DNA of 64,000 nucleotides. Source: Cyclobacteriaceae bacterium. GTDB lineage: Bacteria > Bacteroidota > Bacteroidia > Cytophagales > Cyclobacteriaceae. The translations under genes and the position numbers were made by a program. The stretch lies in the NCBI GenBank assembly GCA_034112085.1, contig JAWUWD010000107.1:1295-65294 (forward strand), written 5' to 3'. Positions 1 to 10,134 of this stretch are shown piece after piece. Below the pieces are notes generated by a model. That model worked only from the letters and a program-made list of their open reading frames with translations. It searched no databases and was not told the origin of the DNA. The number at the start of each line of letters is the position of its first letter. Position 1 is the stretch's first letter.

Positions 1-451
1 CAACGGTTTCTCCTTTCATTGTAATCATTTCAGATACAACTAATTTTTCACCAATCTTACCAACCATATCAACAATTTTATCAGCGACAGTCAAATCACC
101 AATTTTATTGTTCATTAATTCCTCTACGCTAGTCGCTTTAGATTCAAATGCACTTTCAACGATAGCATTTCCCAATTCAACAAAAGCATCATTTTTTGCT
201 ACGAAGTCAGTCTCACAAGTAAATGCTATCAAAACTGCTTCAGAGCTATCTTCATTAGTTTTAACAAAAATTGATCCTTCAGAAGTCTCTCTATCTGCTC
301 TTGATGCAGACACTTTTTGTCCTTTTTTTCTTAGTAAATCTATTGCAGCGTCAAAATCACCATTTGCTTCTGTTAAAGCTTTTTTGCAGTCCATCATCCC
401 TGCTCCGGTCATTTGTCTTAGTTTGTTAACTTCTTGTGCTGTAATTGCCAT
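1..451 (-). CDS. tsf: elongation factor Ts, N-terminal part (gene runs off the window start)
   Basis: Own minus-strand translation from the ATG at 451 gives MAITAQEVNKLRQMTGAGMMDCKKALTEANGDFDAAIDLLRKKG..., the EF-Ts UBA-like N-terminus. It lies directly downstream of rpsB, as in the conserved rpsB-tsf pair. It is absent from the ORF track because there is no stop in the window. Confidence 0.88.
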   Translation of the reverse strand, partial: MAITAQEVNKLRQMTGAGMMDCKKALTEANGDFDAAIDLLRKKGQKVSASRADRETSEGSIFVKTNEDSSEAVLIAFTCETDFVAKNDAFVELGNAIVESAFESKATSVEELMNNKIGDLTVADKIVDMVGKIGEKLVVSEMITMKGETV

Positions 452-495
452 AACTTTATTGATTTTTAAAATTCGTATTTAATATGGTATCTAAC

Positions 496-531
496 AAAAA
501 TTGAACACCAGTCAGACCAGTGTTCAATTTT
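496..531 (-). terminator. hairpin plus T-tract between rpsB and tsf (possible attenuator)
   Basis: The 8-bp stem TTGAACAC (501-508) pairs with GTGTTCAA (520-527). It is flanked by an A-run and a T-run, so the minus strand reads stem-loop then TTTTTG. Confidence 0.45.
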
Positions 532-558
532 GTAAATCTACTCAATATAGAATAAATA

Positions 559-1389
559 TTATTTTTCTGGAGTCGCTTCAGTGGTAGTAGTTTCAGCAGG
601 TGCTGCTTCTACAGGTGCCGCTTCCGCAGTTTCTGCTTTCGCATCAACTTGCTTCTTAGCTTCCTCGTCTTTCTTCAATTGTGCTTCTTCCTTATCCTTC
701 TTACGCTCATTCAACCCTTCTTCGATGACACCACCAATGTAGTTAGTGATCAATGAAATTGATTTGAAAGCATCATCATTAGCCGGAATTGGGAAGTCAG
801 CTCCTGTAGGATCTGAGTTCGTATCTACCATAGCAAATACTGGGATATTCAACTTCTTAGCTTCTTTTACTGCGATATGTTCTTTCTTCATATCAATTAC
901 GAAAAGTGCTGCAGGAAGTCTCGTCAAGTCAAGGATACCACCAAGGATACGCTCTAACTTTTCTTTTTCCCTAGTCTTCATCAATCTCTCTCTCTTTGCC
1001 AAGTTGGTGTAAGACTCATCTTTCATCATCTTTTCAATAGAAGAAATCTTTTTCAAAGACTTTCTCATTGTCGCAAAGTTAGTCAACATCCCACCTAACC
1101 ATCTTTCAGTTACGTAAGGCATGTTTAACCTTTTTGCTTCTTCAGCAACAATATCCTTTGCTTGCTTTTTAGTAGCAACGAACATTATTTTTCTTCCTGA
1201 TTTGACCACGCTCTTGAGTGCATTAGATGCTTCTTCAAGGCACCCAAGTGTTTTATTCAAATCGATAATGTGGATACCATTCTTCTCCATGAAGATGTAT
1301 GGAGCCATACGGGGATCCCACTTTCTCGTTAAGTGTCCAAAATGAACACCAGCATCTAGTAAGTCTTTGTACTCTAATTTGTTAGCCAT
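559..1389 (-). CDS. rpsB: 30S ribosomal protein S2
   Basis: The ORF translation ([30 protein letters not shown]) matches the S2 signature. It has a Lys/Glu/Ala-rich C-terminal tail. Confidence 0.97.
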   Translation of the reverse strand: MANKLEYKDLLDAGVHFGHLTRKWDPRMAPYIFMEKNGIHIIDLNKTLGCLEEASNALKSVVKSGRKIMFVATKKQAKDIVAEEAKRLNMPYVTERWLGGMLTNFATMRKSLKKISSIEKMMKDESYTNLAKRERLMKTREKEKLERILGGILDLTRLPAALFVIDMKKEHIAVKEAKKLNIPVFAMVDTNSDPTGADFPIPANDDAFKSISLITNYIGGVIEEGLNERKKDKEEAQLKKDEEAKKQVDAKAETAEAAPVEAAPAETTTTEATPEK

Positions 1390-1443
1390 TAACTTAATTT
1401 ATTTATAAAAATATAATAAAGCGTACAACCGCACGCTGTAATA

Positions 1444-1830
1444 TTAACGTTTACTGAACTGGAAAGATGCTCTCGCTTTTCTTCTACCCGGCTTCTTACG
1501 TTCCACCATTCTTGGATCTCTTGTCAAGAATCCTTCACTTTTAAGTGGGCCTCTGTATTCTGCATCAACTTCACAAAGTGCTCTAGAGATCGCCAATCTA
1601 ATTGCTTCAGCTTGTCCAGAAACTCCTCCTCCATCTACATTTACTTTGATATCAAAGTTTCCTACAACATCAACTTTCGCAAGAGGCTGTTGTACAATAG
1701 TTCTCAATATCTCTGTAGGGAAATAAGTATCCATTGACTTATTATTCACTTTTATCTCGCCTTTTCCAGCGGTCATGTAAATACGTGCAACAGACGTCTT
1801 TCTTCTACCAATTGTGTTAATTACTTCCAT
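1444..1830 (-). CDS. rpsI: 30S ribosomal protein S9
   Basis: GRRKTSVARI at the N-terminus and the C-terminal KKPGRRKARASFQFSKR are typical S9. It sits downstream of rplM. Confidence 0.97.
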   Translation of the reverse strand: MEVINTIGRRKTSVARIYMTAGKGEIKVNNKSMDTYFPTEILRTIVQQPLAKVDVVGNFDIKVNVDGGGVSGQAEAIRLAISRALCEVDAEYRGPLKSEGFLTRDPRMVERKKPGRRKARASFQFSKR

Positions 1831-1836
1831 TGATAC

Positions 1837-2280
1837 TTATAATTTTAATTCTTTTGGTTGCTGCGCCTCATGTGGATGCTCAGCTCCTTCATATACGTAC
1901 AAGTTTTTGAACAATTGTCTTCCAATTCTGTTTTTCGGCAACATACCTCTAACAGCTCTTTCTACTAACAATGTAGAAGACTTGGCTTTCAATTGGTTTG
2001 GCGTAGTCTCTTTTTGACCACCAGGATATCCTGTATGCGATACATACACTTTATCTGTCCATTTCTTTCCCGTTAACTTTATTTTGTCCGCATTAAGAAC
2101 AATAACATTGTCACCGTTGTCCACATGTGGACTGAAGTCTGGCTTGTATTTTCCGTTGATCGTCTTAGCAATTTCACTTGCTAACCTACCCAACACTTTT
2201 GAATCAGCATCTACTATTACCCAGTTCTTATTAACTGATGCACTTTTGGCTGAAATGGTTTTATAACTTAAAGTATCCAC
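1837..2280 (-). CDS. rplM: 50S ribosomal protein L13
   Basis: WVIVDA...LGRLAS...VVLNADKI is the L13 signature. I place the start at the GTG at 2280 (VDTLSYKT...), giving about 148 aa. The 165-aa track ORF adds a non-conserved hydrophobic extension. Confidence 0.93.
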   Translation of the reverse strand: MDTLSYKTISAKSASVNKNWVIVDADSKVLGRLASEIAKTINGKYKPDFSPHVDNGDNVIVLNADKIKLTGKKWTDKVYVSHTGYPGGQKETTPNQLKAKSSTLLVERAVRGMLPKNRIGRQLFKNLYVYEGAEHPHEAQQPKELKL

Positions 2281-2333
2281 TCTAATTATCTTTAATAAAT
2301 AATAATATAATATATTCCCCTCAAAAAGGGACA

Positions 2334-2341
2334 CAAAGGTA
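2334..2341 (-). promoter_or_regulatory. candidate Bacteroidota -7 promoter box (TACCTTTG) for rplM-rpsI
   Basis: Plus-strand CAAAGGTA is TAnnTTTG on the minus strand, about 54 nt upstream of the rplM start. Confidence 0.35.
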
Positions 2342-2401
2342 ACTGCTTATTTTTTGAAACACAACACTCCCTTGAATATTTTATTGAAAAGTAAGTGATG
2401 G

Positions 2402-3115
2402 TCAAACATTCTTTTCCAATTGACTAACCAATACACGCATATCTTTGAGATAAGGAGCTTCTACCTTCAATTTCTCCCCATTTAATAAATTAAATTCCAG
2501 TGAATGTGCATGCAATGCAAATCTCCTAATTAATGGCTGTTCGTCTGTGAATTTCTTCAAACGGTAGTTCTTCTTCAATGAAGATAAGTAGAACATTTTA
2601 CCACCATAAAGATTATCCCCAGTAATCGGAGCTCCTAAGTGTGCAAGGTGTGCACGTATTTGATGCATCCTACCCGTGATAGGCTTACAACTAATCAATG
2701 AATGATTTCGGTAGGCTTTGGTCGTAGTAAAATAAGTAGTGGCTTGCTTACCATCTGATTTATTAATCTTCACTTGCCCATTCCCCTTCGTTACCAAAGC
2801 CTCATCAACTAGCGTGTTTTGAAATTGATGAATGCCATCTACAACGGCATGATACTCTTTCGTCACTTCACGCCTTTCGAACTGCATAGATAAATGTCGA
2901 TAAGCTTCAGGGTTCTTAGCAATAGCCAATACACCAGAAGTTTCTTTATCTAACCGATGACACACTTGTGCATCATCACTATATTCCTTCGCCATATCAC
3001 TGACATTAGTCTTATCATTGCGATCAGCCAATGTGGATACGAAAGCTGGCTTATTGACCAAGATAAAGTCATTATTTTCGAATATGATGAGGTCAGAAAA
3101 TTTGATTTTTTTCAT
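2402..3115 (-). CDS. RluA-family pseudouridine synthase
   Basis: Contains the HRLDKETSGVLAIAK catalytic motif (HRLDxxTSG) and the HQIRAHLAHLG motif. Confidence 0.87.
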   Translation of the reverse strand: MKKIKFSDLIIFENNDFILVNKPAFVSTLADRNDKTNVSDMAKEYSDDAQVCHRLDKETSGVLAIAKNPEAYRHLSMQFERREVTKEYHAVVDGIHQFQNTLVDEALVTKGNGQVKINKSDGKQATTYFTTTKAYRNHSLISCKPITGRMHQIRAHLAHLGAPITGDNLYGGKMFYLSSLKKNYRLKKFTDEQPLIRRFALHAHSLEFNLLNGEKLKVEAPYLKDMRVLVSQLEKNV

Positions 3116-3152
3116 GGCGACAAAGGTAAGAGGTCAGTAGCGATTTACAGCA

Positions 3153-4208
3153 CTACTTTGATTCTAATTTATCTTTCCCTCTAGGTAAGGAGAATTTAAA
3201 CAAAGAACCTTCCCCTTCAACACTCTCCAATTGCATTTTGCTATGATGTCCTTCAACGATATGCTTGACAATCGCTAGCCCCAAACCTGTACCCCCTTTC
3301 TCGCGTGACCTGCTTTTATCAACGCGGTAAAATCGCTCAAAAACACGCTTCAAGTCTTCGGCCGGAATTCCTTCTCCATTGTCTTGCACAGATATGTATG
3401 TGACGTCTTGAACTTCCTCCAACATCAACTGCACACTCCCATCTTCTTTGGAATACTTTATACCATTGGATACCAAATTATTCAGCACTTGCTTTATCCT
3501 CAACCAGTCCGCATACACTATTTGAGGTTGATCACTAGTGTTTTTAACAATCAACTCTAGTTTCCTATTACCTCTTTTACTTTCAAACTGCTCCAATACC
3601 TCTTCTGCAAGTCCCTTAATATCAAAGTATTCGAACTGCATTTTGGTTTCTCCAATTTCGATGTGAGAAAGCGTGAGTAGATCATGTACTAATACATCTA
3701 ATCCATCCAAACTCTTTGCTGCTTTTTGCAAAAAACGAGTACGAACATTCTCATCTTCAACCGCGCCATCTAATAGCGTATGTACAAATCCCTGGGCAGC
3801 GAATATTGGAGTCTTCAACTCGTGAGATACATCTGCGATGAACTCCTTGCGAAAAGCTGCCATGCGGGTCATTTCATCGATTTGATATTGCTTAGACAAT
3901 ATGTGACTATAAATTCCCTTGTATAATTTTTTAAATGTTCGAAGTCTAAACTTCTTGCGATTGATCTCTACCTCTTCAACTCTTGATCCTTTTTTTAATT
4001 CCTCGAATAACCTTACGACCTCATGTACATCACGATATACCAGATGCTCGATAACCAAGTAAGTGACAATAGATGTCACGAGATATGTAATCAAGAAGCT
4101 ATAAACTATCTGATTAGCCAATATTAAGTCAATTGCGTAAAGTATTCCTGAGACAAGTATGGAAACTAGTGTGGAAAGTAATAAGGATATGGTTCTTGAA
4201 GACTTCAA
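3153..4208 (-). CDS. sensor histidine kinase (two N-terminal TM helices, HisKA, HATPase)
   Basis: H-box FIADVSHELKTPI, N-box LNNLVSNGIKYS, G-boxes DNGEGI and GGTGLGLAIV. It lies directly downstream of its response regulator. Confidence 0.88.
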   Translation of the reverse strand: MKSSRTISLLLSTLVSILVSGILYAIDLILANQIVYSFLITYLVTSIVTYLVIEHLVYRDVHEVVRLFEELKKGSRVEEVEINRKKFRLRTFKKLYKGIYSHILSKQYQIDEMTRMAAFRKEFIADVSHELKTPIFAAQGFVHTLLDGAVEDENVRTRFLQKAAKSLDGLDVLVHDLLTLSHIEIGETKMQFEYFDIKGLAEEVLEQFESKRGNRKLELIVKNTSDQPQIVYADWLRIKQVLNNLVSNGIKYSKEDGSVQLMLEEVQDVTYISVQDNGEGIPAEDLKRVFERFYRVDKSRSREKGGTGLGLAIVKHIVEGHHSKMQLESVEGEGSLFKFSLPRGKDKLESK

Positions 4209-4214
4209 ACAATA

Positions 4215-4898
4215 TTAAGAGTTGAACTTATACCCAACACCTTTAATCGTTTTGATATAGTCTTCACCAACCTTCTCTCTAATCTTACGGATATGGACAT
4301 CCACAGTACGTGCCAACACATAAACATCAGTACCCCAAATATTTTGAAGCAATTCGTCTCTATTGAAAACCTTATTCGGGTTCTTCATAAGGAAATACAA
4401 TAACTCAAATTCTTTTTTTGGAAGCACTACTTCTTTCCCTTCTACTTTGACTGTGTAGCTGGTTCTATCTATATGAAGTTCTCTAAGAGTGAGCTGATCT
4501 TTCGCTGCATTAGCGCTGCTTCCTCTTCGATAGAAAGCTCCGATTCTACTCATCAATGCCCGCGGTTTTATTGGTTTAGTAATGTAGTCATCTGCTCCAA
4601 CTTCAAATGCTGCAATCTCAGAATACTCCTCTGATCGCGCAGTTAAGAATATTACAAACACTTCAGACAAAGTATCAATACTTCGTATCTGACGACAAGT
4701 TTCTACACCATCTTGTCCCGGCATCATGATATCCATAAGTATTAACTCTGGCAATTGCTCTTTGGCAATTTGAACAGCATCCACACCATTGCCTGCTGTG
4801 AATACTTGATATCCTTCTTTTTCTAAGTTGTACTGAAGCAATTCCAAGATTACCTCTTCGTCATCTACAACTAATATTTTCCTCTGTTGGCTTCCCAT
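4215..4898 (-). CDS. OmpR/PhoB-type response regulator
   Basis: Receiver domain (ILVVDDE, LILMDIMMPGQDG, KP) followed by a winged-helix C-terminus (REL, RTVDVHIRKIREK, VGYKF). Confidence 0.92.
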   Translation of the reverse strand: MGSQQRKILVVDDEEVILELLQYNLEKEGYQVFTAGNGVDAVQIAKEQLPELILMDIMMPGQDGVETCRQIRSIDTLSEVFVIFLTARSEEYSEIAAFEVGADDYITKPIKPRALMSRIGAFYRRGSSANAAKDQLTLRELHIDRTSYTVKVEGKEVVLPKKEFELLYFLMKNPNKVFNRDELLQNIWGTDVYVLARTVDVHIRKIREKVGEDYIKTIKGVGYKFNS

Positions 4899-4984
4899 TC
4901 ATTCTCTATTCTTAGATAAAAGTATATAATCTCTATCCTATTAAAAACAGAACCTTACAATTTAACAATTTGATAATAATGAAA

Positions 4985-5776
4985 CTACTTAGCTCCCCTT
5001 TTGAATTTTTTTATGTCAATCTCGAGTGCTCCGATAAACATTTTTGCTTTAACTTTTAAAGGTATCTTATCTTTATCATCTGACAGCCATACTCGAATAG
5101 CATCTTCTCCGTCAAACAAAGAATTCTCGGGCATAATAGGTGATATGATCAATGCTCTATATTTCCCTATTTTAGTCTTCAAAGTTTCTTTACCGACATA
5201 AAGCATCTTAAAAATGGTGCTTTCGTCATCAAAAAAGACTTTAAGTTGAATTGTATCCCCTTCGATATAGTTGTCAAAATTCACTGTCCTTAGATAATAA
5301 TAGCCACTGACCAAATCTTGTGCTTCTGGAGATATTTCAAACTCTTTAGGGTCTTTCCATTTTTTTTTCTTGTCGATATAATTCCTAACAGTTGCTTTTT
5401 TATTCTCCACATCAAAATCTACCACTTCGTGCTTACGATATCTTCCTTCCTCTATTTTACGATAGAACTTCCTGGGCACAAGGAGATCCTTGTCAAGGTA
5501 AGTGCCAAACTCATCTCGAACTCTCATGAATAAATCGAACATCCCTGCCGTTCGTCCTTGAACAACTATTGAATAGCATTCTTCGCCATCAATCAGCTCA
5601 TATTGAGGTTGGATTTTCATCACTGCCTCTGCCGCGTTGACAAAACCATAATGAATTTTGTATTGTATTTGTTCCCCCGGTCTAAAAGGAACTGTATTAT
5701 TTTGAGCAAAGACACATGACACACCTGTGTATAAGCAGGGCAATATCATTTGTAATATGAACCTTATTATTCTCAT
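4985..5776 (-). CDS. DUF3108-like secreted protein
   Basis: Signal peptide, then the FRPGEQIQYKIHYGFVNAAEAVMKI pattern I associate with DUF3108. This is from recall only. Confidence 0.55.
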   Translation of the reverse strand: MRIIRFILQMILPCLYTGVSCVFAQNNTVPFRPGEQIQYKIHYGFVNAAEAVMKIQPQYELIDGEECYSIVVQGRTAGMFDLFMRVRDEFGTYLDKDLLVPRKFYRKIEEGRYRKHEVVDFDVENKKATVRNYIDKKKKWKDPKEFEISPEAQDLVSGYYYLRTVNFDNYIEGDTIQLKVFFDDESTIFKMLYVGKETLKTKIGKYRALIISPIMPENSLFDGEDAIRVWLSDDKDKIPLKVKAKMFIGALEIDIKKFKRGAK

Positions 5777-5779
5777 TAA

Positions 5780-6805
5780 TTATACTGGGTATTTCGACTT
5801 ATAATATGCAATATATCTAGTTACATCACTACCAAATATATTCAAAAACTCTTCCAGAAAAACACCTTGTTTACTACGATATCTAATATAGGATAAGAAG
5901 AAGGTATTATTAACCTCATCACTATTTAGAATATGATGATATTTTTCAGGTTGAGAGAACGTAATCGTATCAACATTAATCACGATATCCTGAATCAGAG
6001 TCTTTTTCAGTATCAATTTTTTAGATGTTGGTAAGCTTTGATCAAATGACTTATATAAACCATCCAGTAATTTTGCTCCATCAATAAAATGCTTTACAAA
6101 TAAATCATAGTCATTTTCACTTCCTAAGTAAGTCTTCAATTCGCTGGACTCTTCACCAAATTCATCTTTCAGAAATTTGATAGCACCTTGCTTACCGACA
6201 AATGATGCTAGATTTTCATTGAATCGAACGCTGTCTTTCACGAATAGTGTAAAATGAGTTAGTTCATGGATAATAAGTTCTGCTAGTTGTCCTTCATTTC
6301 TTTTGAGCATCTCACTCAGTATAGGGTCTTCTAGCCAGCCTAAAGTTGACCAGCCTCCTGCATTTCTTATCCCAGCATCCAATCCATCCGACAGAAGACG
6401 ATCTCTCTCTTTCACAGCCATCTTGGAATCAAAAAAACCTTGATAAGGAAAGCTACCGACTATTGGAAAATTCCAAGTATGGGGTTCCAAAGCAAAAGGC
6501 TGACTAGCGGTCACTACCCACATTAGCGGTTTACCTTGTTGATCGTACATTGAGGAATAGTTATTGGATGGAGTGATGCCCAAACTATCTACTGCATATT
6601 TTTTAATCTTATTTACTAAAAATAATTTTTGACGAATAGAATCTGGTGTATTCACGTCATCTAAATAATCTTGAACTGGCCGCGCACCCCATACTATTTG
6701 CAGCTGCCCCTTTGCTTGTACATAGCCATAATATATCAATGTTCGCTGCCAGAAAGCAACTACAACAAACACGATAAACAACCCAAACAATCCTTTCTTT
6801 AACAT
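5780..6805 (-). CDS. predicted zinc aminopeptidase (COG4324-like)
   Basis: N-terminal TM/signal segment and an HExxH motif (IIHELTHF). Size and layout fit the putative aminopeptidase family. Its start abuts the stop of the upstream gene. Confidence 0.5.
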   Translation of the reverse strand: MLKKGLFGLFIVFVVVAFWQRTLIYYGYVQAKGQLQIVWGARPVQDYLDDVNTPDSIRQKLFLVNKIKKYAVDSLGITPSNNYSSMYDQQGKPLMWVVTASQPFALEPHTWNFPIVGSFPYQGFFDSKMAVKERDRLLSDGLDAGIRNAGGWSTLGWLEDPILSEMLKRNEGQLAELIIHELTHFTLFVKDSVRFNENLASFVGKQGAIKFLKDEFGEESSELKTYLGSENDYDLFVKHFIDGAKLLDGLYKSFDQSLPTSKKLILKKTLIQDIVINVDTITFSQPEKYHHILNSDEVNNTFFLSYIRYRSKQGVFLEEFLNIFGSDVTRYIAYYKSKYPV

Positions 6806-7942
6806 CTAATATCGGACATTTTTGATTTTAGTAAGAAACACTTCTGGTGTAAAACTTAGGTGCATGCCGTGAGAAAACTCAAAAACACCATTACCTAAAT
6901 CATAAAGTGGTTCAAAACGAATGGAAACATCTAGACCATTGGCTATTTTCTTATTGATCAAACATCTCAGGATCAAAAGTGATCTGTTCTTTTCAATAGT
7001 GTTAGCTGTTTTTACGGTCGAAGATACTGAGGAATACAGTTTTCCTCCTTGAATTGACTCATACCCATTACCATTCCAGTAACTCCCTTGAAATTCCAAC
7101 CCTGACTTCATTTTCAAAGTAGTATTGAGGTATAGAGCATTGCCACTCTCGAAGACTGTAGCTGAAGTATTCGAAAAATCTTTAGACCCAACATAGTAAT
7201 GATCCATACCCCAGGATGATAGCTTGCCACTAAGTGCTTTTTCATAAGACACCCCAAGTGCCAAATTAGTTGTTGTGACTAGTGGGTTTGGATTTAAATC
7301 AATTTGACCTCCCTTATGATATACTATTAATTGGACTGGGATGCTCCATTGAACTTCATCTGTCTTTTTCAGGTAGTAATTGTATGATACACCTCCAACG
7401 AGTTCTTCTTGATTAGGATCATTTGGATAGATCATTTTCTCCCAACTCAACCAGACATCCAAGTCCCAATTCGCTCTATTGAATACTCCTTGAAGTCCGT
7501 ACTCCAGTCTGTCAATTAATCCCTTTTCAAAGTCATAAAGTGGCTCTATCAAATTGTGATTATAAGCGTTTTCCAATGATCCAAATACAATATAATGTCC
7601 TCCATCGTTGTACTTGATAGAGAAAGTAGGTAGCACAGAGGTATATTCATCATTGCCAAAATCCTGCTGCAAGAAAACACCTATATCTATTCGCACATGT
7701 TCGCCTGCTCTATACGCCAAATAAGGACTGATTTGGTATCCAAAAAGTGTATAGCCGTCTGCAATATCATTGGTGTATTCGTTATTCTTATTGAAACCAA
7801 GTGCCCTTACTCCCATCCATAGGGTATTAGAATCTTGTGGCTCGATGACATAGGTTTGTTTGAGCATATCATTGTTCAATTGAGCAAATGAAGTCGCTGT
7901 TAACAAAACCCCAATCAATAATAAAGTAATTCTAAGTTGCAT
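6806..7942 (-). CDS. putative outer-membrane beta-barrel protein
   Basis: Signal peptide (LLTATSFAQ), alternating aromatic/polar beta-strand pattern, and an aromatic-rich C-terminus. No family recognised. Confidence 0.4.
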   Translation of the reverse strand: MQLRITLLLIGVLLTATSFAQLNNDMLKQTYVIEPQDSNTLWMGVRALGFNKNNEYTNDIADGYTLFGYQISPYLAYRAGEHVRIDIGVFLQQDFGNDEYTSVLPTFSIKYNDGGHYIVFGSLENAYNHNLIEPLYDFEKGLIDRLEYGLQGVFNRANWDLDVWLSWEKMIYPNDPNQEELVGGVSYNYYLKKTDEVQWSIPVQLIVYHKGGQIDLNPNPLVTTTNLALGVSYEKALSGKLSSWGMDHYYVGSKDFSNTSATVFESGNALYLNTTLKMKSGLEFQGSYWNGNGYESIQGGKLYSSVSSTVKTANTIEKNRSLLILRCLINKKIANGLDVSIRFEPLYDLGNGVFEFSHGMHLSFTPEVFLTKIKNVRY

Positions 7943-7989
7943 CTATTCTTATCTATTATGACAAACTGTACATAAGCTGTTAGCCAGCA

Positions 7990-9102
7990 TTAATACTTTC
8001 GTCCTTTCCACTCAAAAGTATAATTTATTGTGCTTATCCCAATACCAAATGTATAAAATGGGTATACTAAGGATAATAACAAACTTGCAGCAATGCATAC
8101 TTTTTGATCACTCAGTTTCAGTACGCTTTTCACTAATAGCACATCCAGAACCCACTTCAACCCCCATATGGAACCAACTAAAAGAAGATTCTCTTGTTCA
8201 AGAGATGAGTAAATGCTCACCCCTATCAAAAGTGCGTAAAACACGAACATAAAAAGCGCCATCATTTTCGTGTTCCAATCTTTATGAAGCTTCCATTTCC
8301 CAGCCCATCGAATCCGCTGGTTTATAAAATCTCGAAGAGATGGTTGTGGTTCTGTAAATACTACTGCCTCTGTACTTTTCACGAATCGAATACCCTTTGG
8401 ATAAGCCTCGTGCATTTTTCGCATAAGGAACTCATCATCACCGGAAGGGTGTTGTTCTGATCCTGCATACCCATGACATGCCTCAAATGCATTTTTTCGA
8501 AAAGCCAAGTTTGCTCCGTTGCACATCCCTGACATTCCGAGCTGCCAAGTAGCTGCCCCTACGCCAATCAGAGCTGAAAAATCTATCATTTGCAACTTAT
8601 CGAAGAAACTTTGAGTTGAAATAGCTACTGGTCCAAAAGCCATTTGGACCTCATCTTCGAAGGTAGAAGCCATACTTCCCACCCAATTTTTTCCTACTGA
8701 GCAATCCCCATCTATTGTGATAATAATTTCACCATTTGCCTGATTGATACCTGCAGAAAGTGCACTCTTTTTCCCTGCTTTTCCATCGGAGAGATTGATC
8801 AATTTAATAGTGGAGGTTGATCCTTGGATAGATCCATTAATAGCGTTAACACTCCTATCTGTAGAGTGATCATTGACGACTAATATCTCTAAATTTTCTT
8901 TAGGATAGATTTGACTTTCGATTTCAGCCAGAAGTTTTCCAATATTACGTTCTTCATTGCGAACAGGAATAATCACTGAAACGGAAAGGCCCCGCTCTTT
9001 TTCATCGATCATCTTTAGGGGCTGGATAGCATGCCAAGAGACGATTGTTATAATTAGGAAAACCATATAAAGTCCTCCAAATAAGAGAAATAGAACTATC
9101 AT
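7990..9102 (-). CDS. family 2 glycosyltransferase (membrane-bound, QxxRW type)
   Basis: VSVIIPVRNEERNI, DGDC (DxD) and QRIRWAGK (QxxRW), plus N- and C-terminal TM segments. Confidence 0.8.
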   Translation of the reverse strand: MIVLFLLFGGLYMVFLIITIVSWHAIQPLKMIDEKERGLSVSVIIPVRNEERNIGKLLAEIESQIYPKENLEILVVNDHSTDRSVNAINGSIQGSTSTIKLINLSDGKAGKKSALSAGINQANGEIIITIDGDCSVGKNWVGSMASTFEDEVQMAFGPVAISTQSFFDKLQMIDFSALIGVGAATWQLGMSGMCNGANLAFRKNAFEACHGYAGSEQHPSGDDEFLMRKMHEAYPKGIRFVKSTEAVVFTEPQPSLRDFINQRIRWAGKWKLHKDWNTKMMALFMFVFYALLIGVSIYSSLEQENLLLVGSIWGLKWVLDVLLVKSVLKLSDQKVCIAASLLLSLVYPFYTFGIGISTINYTFEWKGRKY

Positions 9103-10076
9103 CTATTTGAATTAACCTTAAGTCTGATCATAAAGTAAAGCCCAATCAATACAGGTATGAGAATGTTAATCATCCACAATAATAAACTACTTGCCAATAC
9201 TGCCGGTTGAGAAACTTGATATACTTCGAAAAAGGTAAGTACAGACAATTCTCTAACTCCTAGATCACTCATAAAATTGAATGAAGGAACAATTGATTTA
9301 ATCAAAAACATCCAGCTTATACCTCCGAATAATGTCAATGGAGATAACGGTATCTTGAAAAGATTCAGAATAAGATAAAACTGAAATGAAAACACCAAAT
9401 ACCGTGACAGCGACAGCAAAAATAAGAATATGTAATCCTTAGTCGGATACTTTCCTACCAAGTCGAAGTAATAAACTAAGCGTTCACCAAATATTTTCAC
9501 TTTCGAAGTGTAGAGTATTGCTATGACAGCTATTATCAAAAGCACTCCAATCCACCAGAAAGAATTAATCAAAGAAAACTGTAATTCAGACGACTGAATG
9601 AAAATCCAAACTCCAACAGCACCAAACAATATGGTTACGGACATTTGCGTGGCATTTCCAAGCCAGACATTCCCTATAAGTTTCCCTTTATTCTCTCCTT
9701 TAATACTCAGTAATCTTCCAGCATAATCACCTACAGCCTGTGGCGTAACGAATCCCAGAGTTAATCCTGCAAGGACTCCTCCAAATGCTTCTTTTAAGGT
9801 TATTTCACTGATGGGTCGAGCCAACAACTTCCATTTCTCAGCTTCGAGAAACCAATTGAGGGGCATTAGTATTACCACCAACGACAAGATCCCAAGCGTT
9901 GAATAGTCCATTATTTTTGCAAGAGCTTCAATCAATCCCTGCCCAAGGCTATCCTTGTTTGATAATTTTCCAAATATTAGCCAAAGAGTAGCTACTAAGA
10001 CCAGTGCTTTCACAAAAGCGATCCACTTGTATTTACTTCTAGTTGTTTTTTCTTGACCCATCTGTTTATATTGCAA
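9099..10076 (-). CDS. polytopic membrane protein, flippase-like (UPF0104/LPG-synthase TM-region type)
   Basis: About 8 predicted TM helices. It overlaps the GT2 gene start by 4 nt. The family assignment is by architecture and recall only. Confidence 0.5.
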   Translation of the reverse strand: MQYKQMGQEKTTRSKYKWIAFVKALVLVATLWLIFGKLSNKDSLGQGLIEALAKIMDYSTLGILSLVVILMPLNWFLEAEKWKLLARPISEITLKEAFGGVLAGLTLGFVTPQAVGDYAGRLLSIKGENKGKLIGNVWLGNATQMSVTILFGAVGVWIFIQSSELQFSLINSFWWIGVLLIIAVIAILYTSKVKIFGERLVYYFDLVGKYPTKDYIFLFLLSLSRYLVFSFQFYLILNLFKIPLSPLTLFGGISWMFLIKSIVPSFNFMSDLGVRELSVLTFFEVYQVSQPAVLASSLLLWMINILIPVLIGLYFMIRLKVNSNR

Positions 10077-10134
10077 AGCAGCTAAAAATAAATATTAAAA
10101 TCATCAATCCACCGATCAAAAGTTAATTATCCGA

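Noticed and set aside
108-482. Long plus-strand ORF (124 aa) and many similar track ORFs lying antisense to annotated genes, for example 746-1012, 1121-1345, 13647-14960, 39994-40839, 44286-44801 and 48682-49056.
   Set aside because: Each lies wholly inside a strongly supported gene on the other strand (tsf, rpsB, mgtE, rhlE, the Nramp gene, the AsmA-like gene). Their low-complexity Ser/Leu/Ile-rich translations match no family. They are shadow ORFs produced by codon bias.
2281-2334. N-terminal extensions proposed by the longest-ORF track for rplM, greA (11589-11693), fabH (17987-18007), the ACP gene (21616-21666), thioredoxin (33393-33443), ytxH (56509-56562) and AraC (57762-57848).
   Set aside because: The extensions are hydrophobic or low-complexity and fall outside the conserved family N-termini. 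In several cases they run through promoter boxes or hairpins. Internal ATG or GTG starts give canonical protein lengths.
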